A DNA stretch of 64,000 bases from the human T2T-CHM13v2.0 reference genome, Homo sapiens (GCF_009914755.1 NC_060930.1); one strand, 5' to 3'; shown: positions 24,405 through 41,820, counted from the first letter of the stretch. Numbers and translations are program-made. The notes: a model not told the origin generated them from the letters alone.

Positions 24405-27247
24405 TAGTTCAGACAGTTACATGTTTGAGTTTAAAACAAATTTGCTTTATTTTTATTTAGAAATGATTTGGGGGAAATACTTTATGTATATTTACCTGTA
24501 ATATTTTGATACAGTTTTCTTTGTTAGGTTTAATTATCTTTTGAAGGGATATTTTAGCTTTTTTTCCAATTTTGTCTTTAGAGGAATACACAAGTCTAAA
24601 ACTCAGAAAAGACAAGACTGTGAGGCCAAAACATATGCAGTGAAGAGGCAGGTTAGAGCCCTGTTAATGAAAGGCCTGGAGTGGCTGATGAGGAGTTACT
24701 TGAGAGCTGTTAGGGGTCTCACCTGATGTCTGGCTTTGGATTAAATATGGAATAGGATTTTTTTCCTGCCATTTTATAATTAAGACTACTTGACTGGGAG
24801 TTGAACAGACCCATATTCTACTGTAAGTCCCATTGTGAGGTTGGAGAATTGATTTCTAGACATCATTAAATTTATTTCCAGCTCTAAAATTCTTCAGGTC
24901 CTTAATGCTAACAGGCCTCCTGTATTCATTGGAAGTACAAGTGTTTTACCATTTGTTAGTCTTCCATTTCTTCTTGCTGATGTTTCCTAGACTAAGATAT
25001 TCTTGTTGTCTTGGGAAAAATAGAATTTTGTTGTTGTATTGTTGCCCACAAACAAATCTTTTCATTAAGTGAAGCCAGGCAAAAATTTTTAAAAGAAAGG
25101 TAAAATATAGAAATTTTATTTTCTGCCACCTTTAGTCTTCTTTCCTAATTTCCTTTAGAGCTGCTATGGCCAGTTACTTTTCAGCATTTTTCTCAAAGAG
25201 AAAATGTAACCTAAGATTTTTTCAATTTCTTTTTTTCACAATGAAAAAGGCTGAGGGAGGGAAAGTGACTTATTTTAGGCACTGTCTAGTGGTAAAGCTC
25301 AGCTAGAAGTTGCTGCTTCCCAGGCCTGTGTACTTTATGAAAAAATTCCAGCAATGCCTGTGGTGTTGTTTTTTTAAATCAGTCCTCTCAAGTTTAGGAA
25401 CTCTATATTAGGTTACATTTTACAGAATTGGCATTTCGCAGCTCAAAAAATGGTGTAATGTTGGCAATTTCATATGGTTCAACCCAATGTACTAGGACTC
25501 TAATATCATTTTAGATCAGCTTTCAATAGTGAAAACGGTATTTTTCTTTAAAAGTAGTTTATTCCAATTGGAATGGGTATGAGCACACTCTGTGAGGTAT
25601 TAGGTGATCACGAGATGTTTGTGGAGCTTAACTGACATGAGAGTACCCAGTAGGCCAGAAAGCCCAGCAAAGAAGGTGTGACGTTTCCAGAATATGTTTT
25701 GGCATTATATGCAAAATCAGAAGTAGTATATTATAATCAAAGGAGTTCTTGGTGTAATAGGAACTCCATTTCTTCTAGACCAAGTATTCTGTCAGATGAT
25801 GGTAGATGACAGAGTGTTTAGATAGATTCATTGACAGCATCGCGGCTGTCCCAAGATCTACCAAGTCCACTGTGCAGAAATGTTTGCCCTGCCTTAGTGA
25901 TGGTGAAGATAAGGTGAGTGGAGGGACCATAATTTAGTGTAGTTCATGCCTGCCTTTGTCAGATTCTGTTCATTTTTGTAAAAAGACGTTAGGAATTAAA
26001 CATGGCCTCACGTGCTATGTGTCTGAAAAGTGGTCTTTTTAAGAGAGCAAGGAGTTATGCTGGAAGCAAGCTTATTTACTTGTATAATTTAGAGTTTGAT
26101 TGACTCCATGTATCTCTGGGGACATTATTTTGGCACTAGTTTTTGAGGACTTAATTTTCTAGTAATAATAAAAATGCATATATTCTCTTATCCCCACCCT
26201 CAAACACCTGTTCATTTGGGACATGCACATGTAATTAGAGGCGTGTTTCAGGACTTGCCTGTAAAATTCCTTTGCATGCAGTTACTGTGATCATATTAGT
26301 AATCATCAAGCTACTTGAGATTTTGTTGGGAAGAAGCAAAGAAAATATCCTAGGGAAGATGGGGGTGATTTTGATTGCGTGTGTTTTAGGTTCTCTGCAC
26401 TGCCAAGTTTTAAAGCAGATTCTGTTTCTTCAGATGGTGAAAGCCCTCCTCCTTCCCTCCTCCTGCCTTAAATTTGGCTTCTTCCCAAGCCATGTCAATT
26501 TTTGCAAGTCAGTTGAGAATGTCAACGTGGCTGGTGTTGAAAGAGCCAATATGTTGGAATATGCTTAAAGCCAAGTAGAACATTTATGTGAATTAAAGAA
26601 TATATCAGGGATGATTTTTAAAAATCAGATTTGGATTAAGAAACCTGTTGAATTAATACTTGCATAACAGATGTATCACTGATAAATACTTGTAAAAGAT
26701 ATTCCCAAATAAGCAATAAAAGTACCATTTTACAACCGAAGTAATGCATCCTGTGGGTCCATTTGCAAAGATATGCCAACAGAAATGCATGCAGAGCTCT
26801 GGAAGTGATAATGCAAATAAAACATTTCACATTATAACTTAAAATAACAAGTTTGGAAGGAATAAAAAGTCTGGGAGACTATTTGTTTTGTCTAAATTCT
26901 GCTTTTACTCTGGTCTTTTAACAGTTGGCTTTTGATAATGTATTACTGCCTTAGTGTGTTCCTGTGTATTGAAGGAATACATTGTCTGACAGAATTGTGG
27001 TTGAAAATATTACAAGTTCTAAATAATAAGAGTAATAAATATCATATCTTGTTTGCTTTGTTGTCATAGTCGCCTGATCTCATGCTTCCCTGAATTCGGC
27101 TGGTGTCTTGATTACGATGGAATCACTAAGCAGAGAGTTTTGCCATGTGTGATTTATTCGTTTGTGCATAGCCACAGCAGAGCATCCATGCAGCCCGCAG
27201 TGGCTCTGTGTTCCAGTGTGCCAAGTCACCAAGACTTGCTACCTTAA

Positions 27248-27549
27248 GGCCAGGCGCAGTGGCTCACGCCTGTAATCCCAGCACTTTGGGAGACTGAGGC
27301 GGGCAGATCACTTGAGGTCAGGAGTTCAAGACCAGCCTAGCCAACATGGTAAAGCCCCATCTCTACTAAAAATACAAAAATCAGCCAGGCGTGGTGGTGG
27401 GCAGCTGTCATCCCAGCTACTCAGGAGGCTGAGGCACAAGAATCACTTGAACCAGGAGGTGGAGGTTGCAGTGAGCTGAGATCATGCCACTGCACTTCAG
27501 CCTGGGTGACAGAGCAAGACTCAGTCTGGAGAAAAAAAAAAAAAAAAAA
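27248..27549 (+). mobile_element. AluS-type SINE
   Basis: Full dimer with A tail; TSD aagacttgct(a/g)cctt. Confidence 0.95.
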
Positions 27550-28620
27550 GACTTGCTGCCTTGATTTGCTGCTCACTGTGCCCAGCAAGGCCACTCTGCC
27601 ATGGCCGATTCTAGACCGTGGCCAAGGTGGGATGAAGCCTTCTCTCTCTCTGGCCAGAGTGCTCCTCAAGTGTGACCTTCCTTTGGTAGCTGGGCAGTTT
27701 TCTCCTTGCAGTAGGTGTGGCCTTAGATGGCCATGTGAAAAGGAGGGGTCAGTGTGAGGAACTGGAGAGAAGTACGGGGAGGGACAGGACTGGCCCTTGA
27801 AATCGGCGTAGAGGAAGTTAAGTCCTACAGGAGATTTCTTTTTTTTCCCCTAGCTACACATGGCAGTTTAAAGCATTTAATTGGCTGTTTCTTAAGAAGC
27901 CATGTACATTTTTATAAGAAATGTCTCTTAACCTCCCTTCACTCTTCCACAAATTAAGTTTTCCTTTCAGAATAAATTTTTTTGTATCTCATTGAGGAAG
28001 AGGGGAGGTGAAGAACAGAGCAGCAAATGAATACATATTATTTATAATGAGAATTGGATATAGGCTTATCTTATCCATTAAATATCACGGTAAAATCAAT
28101 AAAATTTTAAGAAGTATTCTAAAATTAATTTCAAACAAATTTTCGAAACATTTCTAGAATTTTCTTTTTAAATCTTCACATTACATATTAAAGCTTCTCA
28201 CATTGTATTCCTATTTTTGTCTCATTTAAGTTTTAATCTCCTCATAAAAGGATAAGTGTCTTTTCTTCAGTCATCTTAATGTGTTAACCTGCACTTCATA
28301 TCATCATGATTTTAAAACATGCATTGAATGCTGCTACAGTCCAAGAATAACAACGCCTGTGGCCTCCAAGGAGTAAGGGACCCCTGGAACATCAGCACCA
28401 GCAAAAGGAAGAGAGACACTCTCAGTTGTGGGGTGTCTCTCCCTGACTCAGCCCCCACCTCACTGAGGGTCTTCCATCCCCACAGTTTCCATCTCAGATG
28501 CCCAGAAGAATGGGAGGGGCCAAAGGAGCTCCACTTTGTATATCATCAATGAAACCCCCTGTACCCAGTCCCCCAACAAGGAAGAACAACAGATAACTCA
28601 ATTTAAAAAATGTTACTTGT

Positions 28621-28913
<293 letters not shown>

Positions 28914-31075
28914 GTTACTTGTGATAAATGAATAATTTGGGAAGAAGAAATCCTGAGTTTTATGATGCAGAAGGTATTTCTTTATCATGTAGACACTTAG
29001 AGGGCTTCAATTTTGGTAGTAAATAACCTTCATTAAAAAAGTTAATTTTTTTGTTTTACCTTCATATGAGCCCTGTAATAGTACTTCTAATGACATCATA
29101 CTCATAAAATGACTTTTTTGTTTCCTGATCAACAGTGGAAAGGTTTATGATGTGCTATGTAATAGTATGTGCAAACATCGCAGGCACAATATTAATAGAT
29201 GCACATATATGTGTGTTACACATTAAATATTTCCCATTCACACATGTATGCATTCTTTCCTTTTACATAGGAGGCCTAGAGAAGTTGACCTCCCTAAAGG
29301 ATAAGTTCTAAAAGGCAGGAAATGGAGATCTGCCAGGCTTGTTGGCTAGAGTCATGGACAAGAGCAAGGCCTGTCTGAACTGCCACTCAGTTTTTATTCT
29401 GCGCATTTGCAGGGCTGGTGATTAGAGTGGCTTTCGCCCAATTATGCTGTGATTATTCTGCTGCACTGTAATTGACTGGGGAGATATGCTAATACCTGTC
29501 ATTTGGGATGATAAAAGATGAGCGGGGGACGCAATGCATTATTTAGCTGGCTGTGTGATAGATGAGGGATGCGCAGAGTGCTTTAATTGCTGAGAAGAGA
29601 GGTTAAGCTGAACGAACGGATGAATTAGAAATGAGTTTTTTTATGGCTTGTGGAAAAGTGAAATAAAGGAAAATGTGCCTTAAACTAAAACAGCAGATAG
29701 AAATGAGCACAACGAAACTAGATCTTCCAGGCAGCTCCCTTTATCCATTTAAATGCTAACGGAAAATGCAGTTTGGAATTCAGTAAATAATAATTGGAAT
29801 AAGAATTTACAATGGATTCTCTTATTAAGCAAAAAAAAAATGTTAAAGGAATCGTTTTTATTTTAGATGACTATTTGTAATCTGTAACCTCTTAAATTCA
29901 CTCTGTACTTTAGGTTATACTGAAATGTAATATGCAACAATTCTGAATTTTATAGTTTGTATCTTTTGAATGTTTGAATGCTAGACTTCTTGTGCCTGTG
30001 TATCTTTCAATAAATGCAGGCAGAGGAAAGAAAAAAAATGAATATTTATAATACCAGGAGAATGTAAAAATATAATTAGAGAGTGTACAGATGATTCTTG
30101 AGTAACAGGATCTGAGGCAGTTGGTACAGTCCTCGTGCACCACACTCTTAGGTATTGATATTTTTATGCAAAAATAATTATGGAGAGTGGTATATTTCTT
30201 TTCATGTTGTTTCTTTTGTCACATGATATATTACTTTGTAACCATATTTCATAAAAGTATTTAAAATTCTCTTGTTATCTGTATGGTTATTTATATGATT
30301 AGATGTATTTTGCTTTATTTTAGTTTTGTCAATTTAATTAATAGGTAATTATTTTGAAAATGCCACCAGAACAGCAGTTTGCAGAAAAAGACTGTTAAAA
30401 ACTGAAGGCTGAGGCCTTCTATATATTGTGGGCTTCCAGGTACGTCGTATTTTACCAAGTAATGACGTAGGAAAATGTCTCCAATTGTGCTATTTTGTCT
30501 TGTAGGTGAAGCAATGAAAATAAAGGTTGGATAACAGAGGTTATTTATATATATATGTAGTAAAATGAAGAAACTGATCCTCGTATATTGTTGAATTATC
30601 TCTAGACAGTCAAGCTTCTCAGCCTGTGTGACTTATCTCATATAGAAGAATTGATCAGGGAATAGCTTTCAACTAGGGTATTGAATGGTAATAGATCCGT
30701 GTGGAACCAAGTCGGCCTGTTGGACTGGATGTCAACTGTAGACAGATGCCACTCTCTGCTACTCAAATAAGTTTTGCTGGGGCTGATTACTTTCCCCCAA
30801 TATAATTGGCACCTTTATTTGCACATTCCTTGTGAAACAAAGTGAAGTTTCCTATGGATATTTTCATCAGTGTCCTTGGAATTCCAAAGTGGACTCTTGT
30901 AGCTGTGTAACTTAAACAGGCATAATCTGAATGGCTGCTTATACAGAATATCTTGTAAAGCAAAACAGAAGTTGCAAAGGAAAAGATGCACTTTGCCTCA
31001 AAGAATTTAAGAAATGGACAAAGATTGGACAAACATAGCAACCTGTACCAAACAACAGCACCTAAGAGCAGTTTT

Positions 31076-31374
<299 letters not shown>

Positions 31375-31430
31375 CTAAGAGCAGTTTTTACCAGCCTGAT
31401 TTACAACAGTGCAAAATATCATGAAGAATT

Positions 31431-31761
<331 letters not shown>

Positions 31762-32148
31762 TAGCTATTCTGAAGATAGCAATAGCCCTTTGGGGGATGT
31801 GCTGTCTTGACTGGTTTCTCTTGTCAATAGTATAAACAGAGCAGTATATAAAACTATTAACTTTTCTACATCTTTTTAATACAAGTAGTTTATAATTTCA
31901 GCTTCCTACTAGGCAATTATTCAATCCTGCAACTTTATTCCTGAATTTTGGCTATAATTATTATCACTTGAATGTAGAAATGATTCCCTCTTTAAGGACC
32001 TTAGTTTGAGTGGGGTTTGCTTTGTTTTATGAGATTAGGAAAAGAATCATGTCTGTGGCTTTTTGTTGCTTACGTGTATAATATCAAGCCTTTCTATAAG
32101 TTTGATTTATTATGATAGCATGAAATTTTTCTTCTATGAAAGTGGATG

Positions 32149-32819
<671 letters not shown>

Positions 32820-33989
32820 TTATAATAAACATGTAAATCTGGTGATAGGATTCAGAGCTACAAGGGACATGAGAAATTATGTAATCTATTGCCCCTGTGT
32901 TATAAAAGTAGGAAGTGAGGCTCATGGAAGGACTAGTAACCACCTAGACCTCACATCTCCTCACTTCCTATCTGGGGCTTTTTGTTCTATGTCTGAGGAA
33001 GTGGTTCTTACCTAAAGAGCAAGGTTTGTGGAAATAGTTGTTCACATTGAGCTGTGAAAGGCAAAAGAACCACAGCCTAGGCCTACTTACTAGATGTCAC
33101 TGTTACAGGGGTGATTGTCAGATTGGTTAAAGCAGAAATCTTTGAAAATGATGCAATCATTATACATTTTATTTTAGCATAAAACACATAAATGTCTATT
33201 CACGTGTACCTCCCTCCTGTCCATGGTTCACCGCTGTCTCAGCCGTATCTCATTCTGCAGCAGCGTTTCACTAGCTCACTCATCCCCAGTGGTGGGTCTC
33301 TTTTCACATGGATACATCACCTGGTTCCATTTTCCATTCAGTTTAGAACTGGAGTAACTTGTAGCATAAACCTGCAGAGGAGGGAACAGAACTCACCACT
33401 GGGAAGCATCCTCCTCAGCTGGCATCAGCCGGGAAGTAGGGGGGCTTTCCAGAGAGGAGCCACCTCACCACTGAAGCCAGCAGATACCTCAGGTGGAGCT
33501 TAGTGCCTGCTGTGTGGATAAGGGGACCATTTGCATTGGTTTCCCTTTGGAAATGATGAGTGATTATCTTTCCTTCTACTTCAAGCCAGATCTCCAATAA
33601 TATGCTGCTATAGAAAAGATACAGATCATTAATTGGTTAACTAGACAATAATCATTAGTTTACCCATCTTATTTTTATGCCTTTGATTTTCCTTTCCAGT
33701 AACATAATCTTTTTTTGTTTCTGTCTTTGTCGTTTAAATTCACCCGTAGAACTTGTACAAAGTACTCTTTAGAAGTAGCTGCTCAAAATTTTTGCTTTAA
33801 AAAGAAAACACCCAAATATCACCTTAAATTTCAAACCTTTACTGCTCACTGTAGTAACTGCTCTCTAGTCCTTAAATTTGATTATAATATTCTTGATAAC
33901 AATAGAAAGCTAACTTTAACAAAAAGGAAAATTTGAAAATTCTTACAGATCTCCTCTGGTGAGATTTGAAAGGTAAGTGAGGTTTCAAA

Positions 33990-34603
33990 TGTATTAATTT
34001 TCTGTTGCTGAGTAACACATTACCCCCAAATTCAGCAGTTTAAAACTATTCTTCCTGAGTATCTCACAATTTCTGTAGCCAAGAGTCCAATAACTGGGTC
34101 CTCTACTCAGGATCTCGTGAAGTTGAGATAAGGTATTGTCAGGGCTGTGGTCTCATCTGAGGTTTAGGGTTCTCTTCCAAGCTCACCCGTTGGCAGAATT
34201 TACTTCCCTGTGGCTGGAGTTCTAAGGTTCCCACCATCATGCCGCATGCTAACCCAGCACCCTTCTCAGTTTCTGGAGGTGACCTGCAGTTCCGTGCCTG
34301 TCTCCACAACATGGCAGCAGGCAGGAGATTTGCATTCAATCTCTCCCACCTCTTTTAAGGGATCACCTCTTTAGGTCAGACCCACCCAGGAATATCTCCT
34401 TTTATTAACACCAAAGTCAACTGATTAGGGACCTTAATTACATCTGCAAAATCCCTTCTACCCTATAAAGTGACATAATTGCAGAAGTGTTACCTGTCAT
34501 CTCCACACCGCCCCCACCTCATACTTAGGGTCAGGCATTATGTAGGGTCTGTATACCAGGGGCTGGGAGTTTTAGGAACCATCTTAAAAATCTGCCTCCC
34601 ACA
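33990..34603 (-). mobile_element. MLT1E-like (ERVL-MaLR) solo LTR, near full length
   Basis: tgtattaattttctgttgctgagtaacacattacccc start; aagtcaactgattagggaccttaattacatctgcaaaatccctt; ends ctgcctcccaca. Confidence 0.8.
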
Positions 34604-35178
34604 GCTACTGATTTCACATTTGCCCTCAGATTTTAGAGATACAAAGGTCTTTTTTTTACATGTACTCAAAATGTCCTTAACTTGAATTTTTCTAAAATGC
34701 AGCTTTGGAAAAATGAGAGTGGGATATTATGGAACATATTTGACTGACAACATTGAAAAGAAATGATAAGCATCTTTAACAGAGCTATCCATCATAGCAG
34801 CAGTTTTATTGTTAGCTTCTGAACCTTTGCCATAGAGTGAGATAAGTAATTTCTTACTACAGGCTCTTACTGTGCAGTTGATGCACTTCTGGGGTGGGTG
34901 GAGGATGTGCTGCGTTTCTGTTTTCAGTGCTGCTGTTGAAGGTTTTTATGATCTCAGTTTCTCCTTCCAGTAGTTATGTTTGGTTATGATCTCATGAATC
35001 TTCATAGGCATGCAAATAATAGAAAAAGAAGGCCCTGCTGTGTCTGGTTAGTTTGATAGACTTGAAATGCTCAGAAAAAATTTTTGTCTAAACAATATTT
35101 TAAACATTTTGATGTTTAGTTTTGACTAATCATTTTTGGAACATATAAGGAGAAACTTAGGCAATTGAATTTTGTTTA

Positions 35179-35269
35179 ATTTTTTTTTTTGTTAAAAACT
35201 TTTCTTAAAAAGCTTTTTTTAACTTTTTTTTGTTAAAACTTTTCTTCTTTTTTTGTTAAAACTTTTCTT

Positions 35270-35278
<9 letters not shown>
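35179..35278. repeat. T-rich tandem (ttttttgttaaaacttttctt) x3, probably an expanded L1 tail
   Basis: Three imperfect copies directly abutting an antisense L1 3' end. Confidence 0.75.
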
Positions 35279-35667
<389 letters not shown>

Positions 35668-35837
35668 AACTTTTAAATAATTATATATTTTTCTCTCAAT
35701 TCTGTGAATCAAATATAATACAACATATTTTAAAAATCCAAACTATCCTTTATCTTTTAAAAAAATCAATCTTTTCAATTATGTTTGCAGGTATATATGT
35801 ATACACACATCTATAACTGTATAGATGAGATAGATAG

Positions 35838-36029
<192 letters not shown>

Positions 36030-36573
36030 TAAATAGGATTTGTATGCACTTGATTTCAGTCCTTTAGGTGGGGGAATTCCATAGAGCCGAAAATTTAAAA
36101 ACGTATATAAAGCAAGTCTCATTATTTTTGAAAATGTGTCAAAATTTTAAAATAGCCATAAATATTTCCTGTGCTTGATTCTAGAATCAAACAAAAGTTT
36201 AGGAGGATTAATTTCAGATAGGGTTGATGATACCAACAGCATACTCTATGAGTACATTGAGTGGTTTTCTGATATTCCAGAGGAATTACTAATGTTGACA
36301 TGAAAATTACTAGTTAATTTTCTTTCTTTTGCAGAATTTTTTGAGTTTTGATGAGTATTTTATGGATGCACCCGTTTTTGGGAACTCATGTGACTACAAG
36401 ATGAACTGTAGTACTTAAGGAAAGCAGTGGCATAGTAAGGCAAGACAGACACCCAACTTCCATGCACACCGAAGTCATTGTCCTGTCTGATCCTGTGGTG
36501 GCTTGTCTGCTACCACCCTCACTTCACCTCCAGTAGGGCCACGAAGTTCAGATACGCCCAGATGACCAGCTGA

Positions 36574-36934
<361 letters not shown>

Positions 36935-39639
36935 CCTACTTTATCTTAATCTTTGTGCCAAATTATTTATTTCCTGCAACTGTGATGTCAGTCACCCTCT
37001 TTAATATGGCCTGATGTTCACAGAAGCAAGCCATGTGATCCGCGGGAGGCAGCTTGAGGCTCACAGCGTCTTCCTGCCTCACTCACCCGTGCTGGGTGCT
37101 GAGGACACTAGCGGTGGCAGACGTGGTTCTGGCCCTCATCATTTGCAATGCAGTTGGAGAGATGGGGCTGGGTAGCACCTGACCAGCGATATGTGGTTAA
37201 TAAGACATAGAAGAGGGAAAATACCACGTGGTCTGGGGTGATCAGGCATTGAAGGAGATTTGACTTAGCTCTTTGCAGAGGAGGGTAGCCTCACAGACAG
37301 GCAGGAATGAATAGGCAGATCTAGCTGGGGCTGCGGATTTTGGTAGGAAAGATTTGGAGGCCCCAAAACACCTTGCCTAGATGTTTCAATGAGATGAGTT
37401 ATAGCCAAAGGTACTTCAGCTTGGAAATTGTGTTTTTGTTTTTTTTTTTTGATAAAAATATATTCATTTATCGACAGTGTGTGGTATCTATTGGCATGAG
37501 AAAAGATTTAAGAGACGATATATTGATTAGTTGTGTATCTTTAGAATCAAATGAGAAAATGTGAAAGTGCTTGGAAAATAGTAAATTGATGTATAAATGA
37601 AAGTTTTACATTATCATGTGTAACAGTTTGTTATATAATAGAGTTGTGTGATGTCAGGAATAAAAGAAGCTGGTGAAATTACTCCATTCGCTAGAAAATG
37701 GTTTACAGAATCAGCTAAGCCCTTGCTTTTTAGAGAGATAAAGTTACTTATCGTGTTTTCCTTTCTTACCTGAAATCTTCATTACATAGTGAATTGTTTG
37801 TAAATATTTGATAGTATACTGCAGAATATGAGGTTAAAAGAGTCTGATTCATGTAATGGAAATTAATCTATTGGTAAGTCAAATAAATGTTTATTCTTAT
37901 ATTTTACCAAAAGGTTTCTGAGATTAGAGTATTGACAAAGAGGTTCTGAGACTAGTTTACTCAACATTTATTAATTGTTTTCAGTGGGCCAGGCCCTGTG
38001 GAAAGCTCTGGGGTTAAACAATGATTAGCAAGATACAAGTGACCCTAAATTTCCTTAGCACGCCCCTTCTACTGCCTGGGAGACCTGGTGGGCTCTAAAG
38101 CTCCTGCCTGGCCTGGGAAACATTTTGTGAGGGAGAGAGAGCAAGCTTTCCTGAATATGAGTGATTATGCTTTTGTCTGTGCATTTCAGAATTTACAAAA
38201 TGCTTTCTAGGAGTTTAAATGAGATAGAATGCATTTTGTTTTAGAACAAGGAGGGGAAAAATTTATTTCACTGCTTGTTGCTTAATCAGCATCTACGCTG
38301 CCACTTCACATCAGCTTCTGTCCTTTCCAAGTGAATTAGTTCTTGTGGGCAGCGTGTCAAGAGGAAGTGTATTGTTCCTGGCAGGGCACTTGAATTTCTA
38401 ATTACCAGATTCCTGACTTAATTGCAATTACCTGGACACCGAGGCAGGGTGAACTTTTGGAAAAGAATGTAATTAGTGAAACAGGAACTTTACTGCCAAC
38501 TCCCTGTCTAGATACCAGTACTAAAGAGACCGCTGATAAGTCCACATCTGGGAAAACAATCCATCAGTCGATAAAAACAGTTCTTAAGGTAAATTATATA
38601 GCATAGCGCCTCTCAGCTCTGAATTCAGAAACCAATACGATGGTAAAGCAGAGAGTGTTCAATTTTTACATTGTAATAGGGTATAGTAGACATGTGCGCA
38701 ACTTTTTAAGATTAATTATCTGGAACAAAAATAATTATTAATAATTATTTGCAAAGTAGTCTCTGTTTGTATGCAAACACGAACATTACATACTTTGATT
38801 AATAAATGTAAAATCCCAAGGTCTAGTGCCATAGAAGAATAAATAATTTTCCAATATCACTTGTTTCACTAGTAGTTTTTCTTAAATAATACTTTTCAAT
38901 AACAACAATTTCACACACAACCACAAAGTTTCAATCTGGTTAACATATAGATTTAAACTTATTTTGAAAGCATTTTAATATATGTGAAGCAAAATCTGAA
39001 CTTTTTTTTTTTTTTTTTTTTTTTACTATTCTTTCATTGTCTCATCACATTCAAGAGCCCGACCATGCTGTCTTGGCACAGATTCACAATCCTGAGATGG
39101 TAATAAATATCTGCTGATGGTTTACTTTACACATTTTTGATTCAGTCCTTAACCCCCTGCTATTTTTTCCTTCTCAGCTTCTCTGAGCTGTCCTTCCTTT
39201 CCATCTCAACAAATTCCTTGTCCACACCAAGGTTAATTTTGCCCCATCTGTGGTTAGTTAACTCACAAATGATCTTTTACAGCTTCTTCCCCCTGGAGCT
39301 GCTGGTGTTTTTTATTTTCAGCCTTTAAAAAAATGTTACAGAGTGGAGTGCTCTGCCCACTCCCCACCCCACAACCTGCTGTGGCACCTCTGGATGGGCA
39401 GAGGGTCTTGTGTGGTCTGTCTCACCTCCTGTGGACTCGTGACTCAGGCTGTCCCCTCAACTGATCAACCAAGACAATCTTTTTTTCCTGTCAAAGTTTA
39501 ATTCCTTCTAATTCTTTAATTGTAATATATCCTATTTGTGTCTTTCTTATACATTTTATCATATATTTATTTTTACTGCATTAAATTGAGAGCCTGGCTG
39601 CATTTGAATTTACATTTGTTAGCTGTTTGCATAATGGCA

Positions 39640-39900
39640 ATTATAATAGTAAAATTTTAAATGGGAGCAATAATAGTAAATATCTCAAAGCGGTGAAGAT
39701 AGAGTTACATTACTTATCTGCAGCACTTAGAATGGTACGGAGCACATGGAAGTGCTCCACATGTCAACCCTGCAAGGTATGGCAGGTGATGTCCCATTTC
39801 ATAGAGAATGGAACAGAAGAACCAAGAGGTGAGGTCACCTGCTTGACATCTCGCAGTTGTGGGGAGGAGTTCGGGCAGTGGGCGTGGGTATTTTAACTCC
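39640..39900. mobile_element. Two MIR fragments in opposite orientation
   Basis: taaatgggagcaataatagt...gcacttagaatggt (+) then cccatttcatagag...gaggtgaggtcacctgc (-). Confidence 0.55.
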
Positions 39901-39924
39901 TGGTTATTATTGCCTTTACCATCT

Positions 39925-40095
39925 CAGGGTTGTCAGATTTAGAAAAAAAAAAAAAGATTGCCCAGTTATAGTTGAATTTCACATAAGCAATGAATAAAAT
40001 TTTAGTATAAGTCCAAATATTACATGGCACATACACTTAAAACTTGTTATTTCTCTGAAATTTAACTGAGTTCCCATATTTTATCTGATAACTCT
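39925..40095. mobile_element. MER53 hAT MITE
   Basis: agggttgtcagattta ... cccagttatagttgaatttca ... ttttagtataagt ... tttatctgataactcta with inverted termini. Confidence 0.75.
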
Positions 40096-40453
40096 AATCC
40101 ATCCAAAGTGCCTACTCTGTGCCATTCCTTAAATAATATACCAGAAATAAAAAAGATAGCTGATTCCACCCTTTGTGTATTTTTTCACAGCATAAAAAAG
40201 CCTGTTTTTGTTTTTCAGACAACCCAATTAAGAACAATTAAACTGAAATGTCTGTGCCATGTTTTTTCCAAACGTGCATCGTGTGGTAGGAGGAAAGTAT
40301 TTTTATGGAAGAGTCACCATGGTAAATTTTTCCAGCAGCTAATAACCACTGAGTTTGCAGTGGGAAAAGCGAGACAGCAAAAATGAAAGGAGCTAAAGAC
40401 AGCCCATGCGTGCTGTCACTGCTGTCACTTTTTGGAGATAATAAAATGTTTGA

Positions 40454-40865
<412 letters not shown>

Positions 40866-41059
40866 TTGTTTCTCCTTTTGTTAATTGCTGTAGACACGAG
40901 TTTGATTTTTAAATTTTCCCTTGTATATTCATAGAAGGTATGAGGACAGGGTACCATAAGAAACTGATGACGGTGGTCCGATGAGCACTCGCTACTTGCC
41001 TTCCTCCTGTGATGTTTGTTGTTTCATACAAAGTGTCTGTTAATCTGGTATGTTTTAAA

Positions 41060-41373
<314 letters not shown>

Positions 41374-41649
41374 TAAAATATATTTTAAAGAAATAAGTTA
41401 CATTTCAGAATGAGAATGGATGGGTCCTACTGACCATCCTCATCTTGGATTTGAAGAATGTAGAGAATCTTTAATGTGGTGGCTTTTCCCTTTTTTTTTT
41501 TCTTTTAAACATTTTTGAATCTTAGATTACTATCAAGTTCCAAGGGAGAGAGGACAGTTTCCAGGACAGGTGAATGAGCCACCAGCCATTTTTTCATGCC
41601 AGTGTGAAATGTTGAGTAAGGGAAGAAGGGGTGGCAGCTGGGGGGCTAA

Positions 41650-41820
41650 CATTTACTGAGCAGCAAGCAAATACCAGGTGCTTTGCATTTCTTTTAACAC
41701 ACCACCTTAAGAGGCAGGTGCTCTCATGCCCCTTTGACAAAGGAGGAAACAGCCTCACAGGTTAGGTAGCTGATACTGTGAGGCATGCGGCTAATAAAAA
41801 GCCAGTGCCTTTTCCACACC
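41650..41820 (-). mobile_element. MIR SINE
   Basis: catttactgagc...ccaggtgctttgca...gaggaaacagcctcacaggttagg. Confidence 0.6.

Noticed and set aside
25560-26640. Possible processed pseudogene
   Set aside because: No recognisable protein, polyA tail or TSD; the first part at best faintly resembles CR1/L3.
38729-38750. Perfect 22-bp palindrome aaataattattaataattattt
   Set aside because: Real, but low-complexity A/T and readily explained by slippage; no supporting context.
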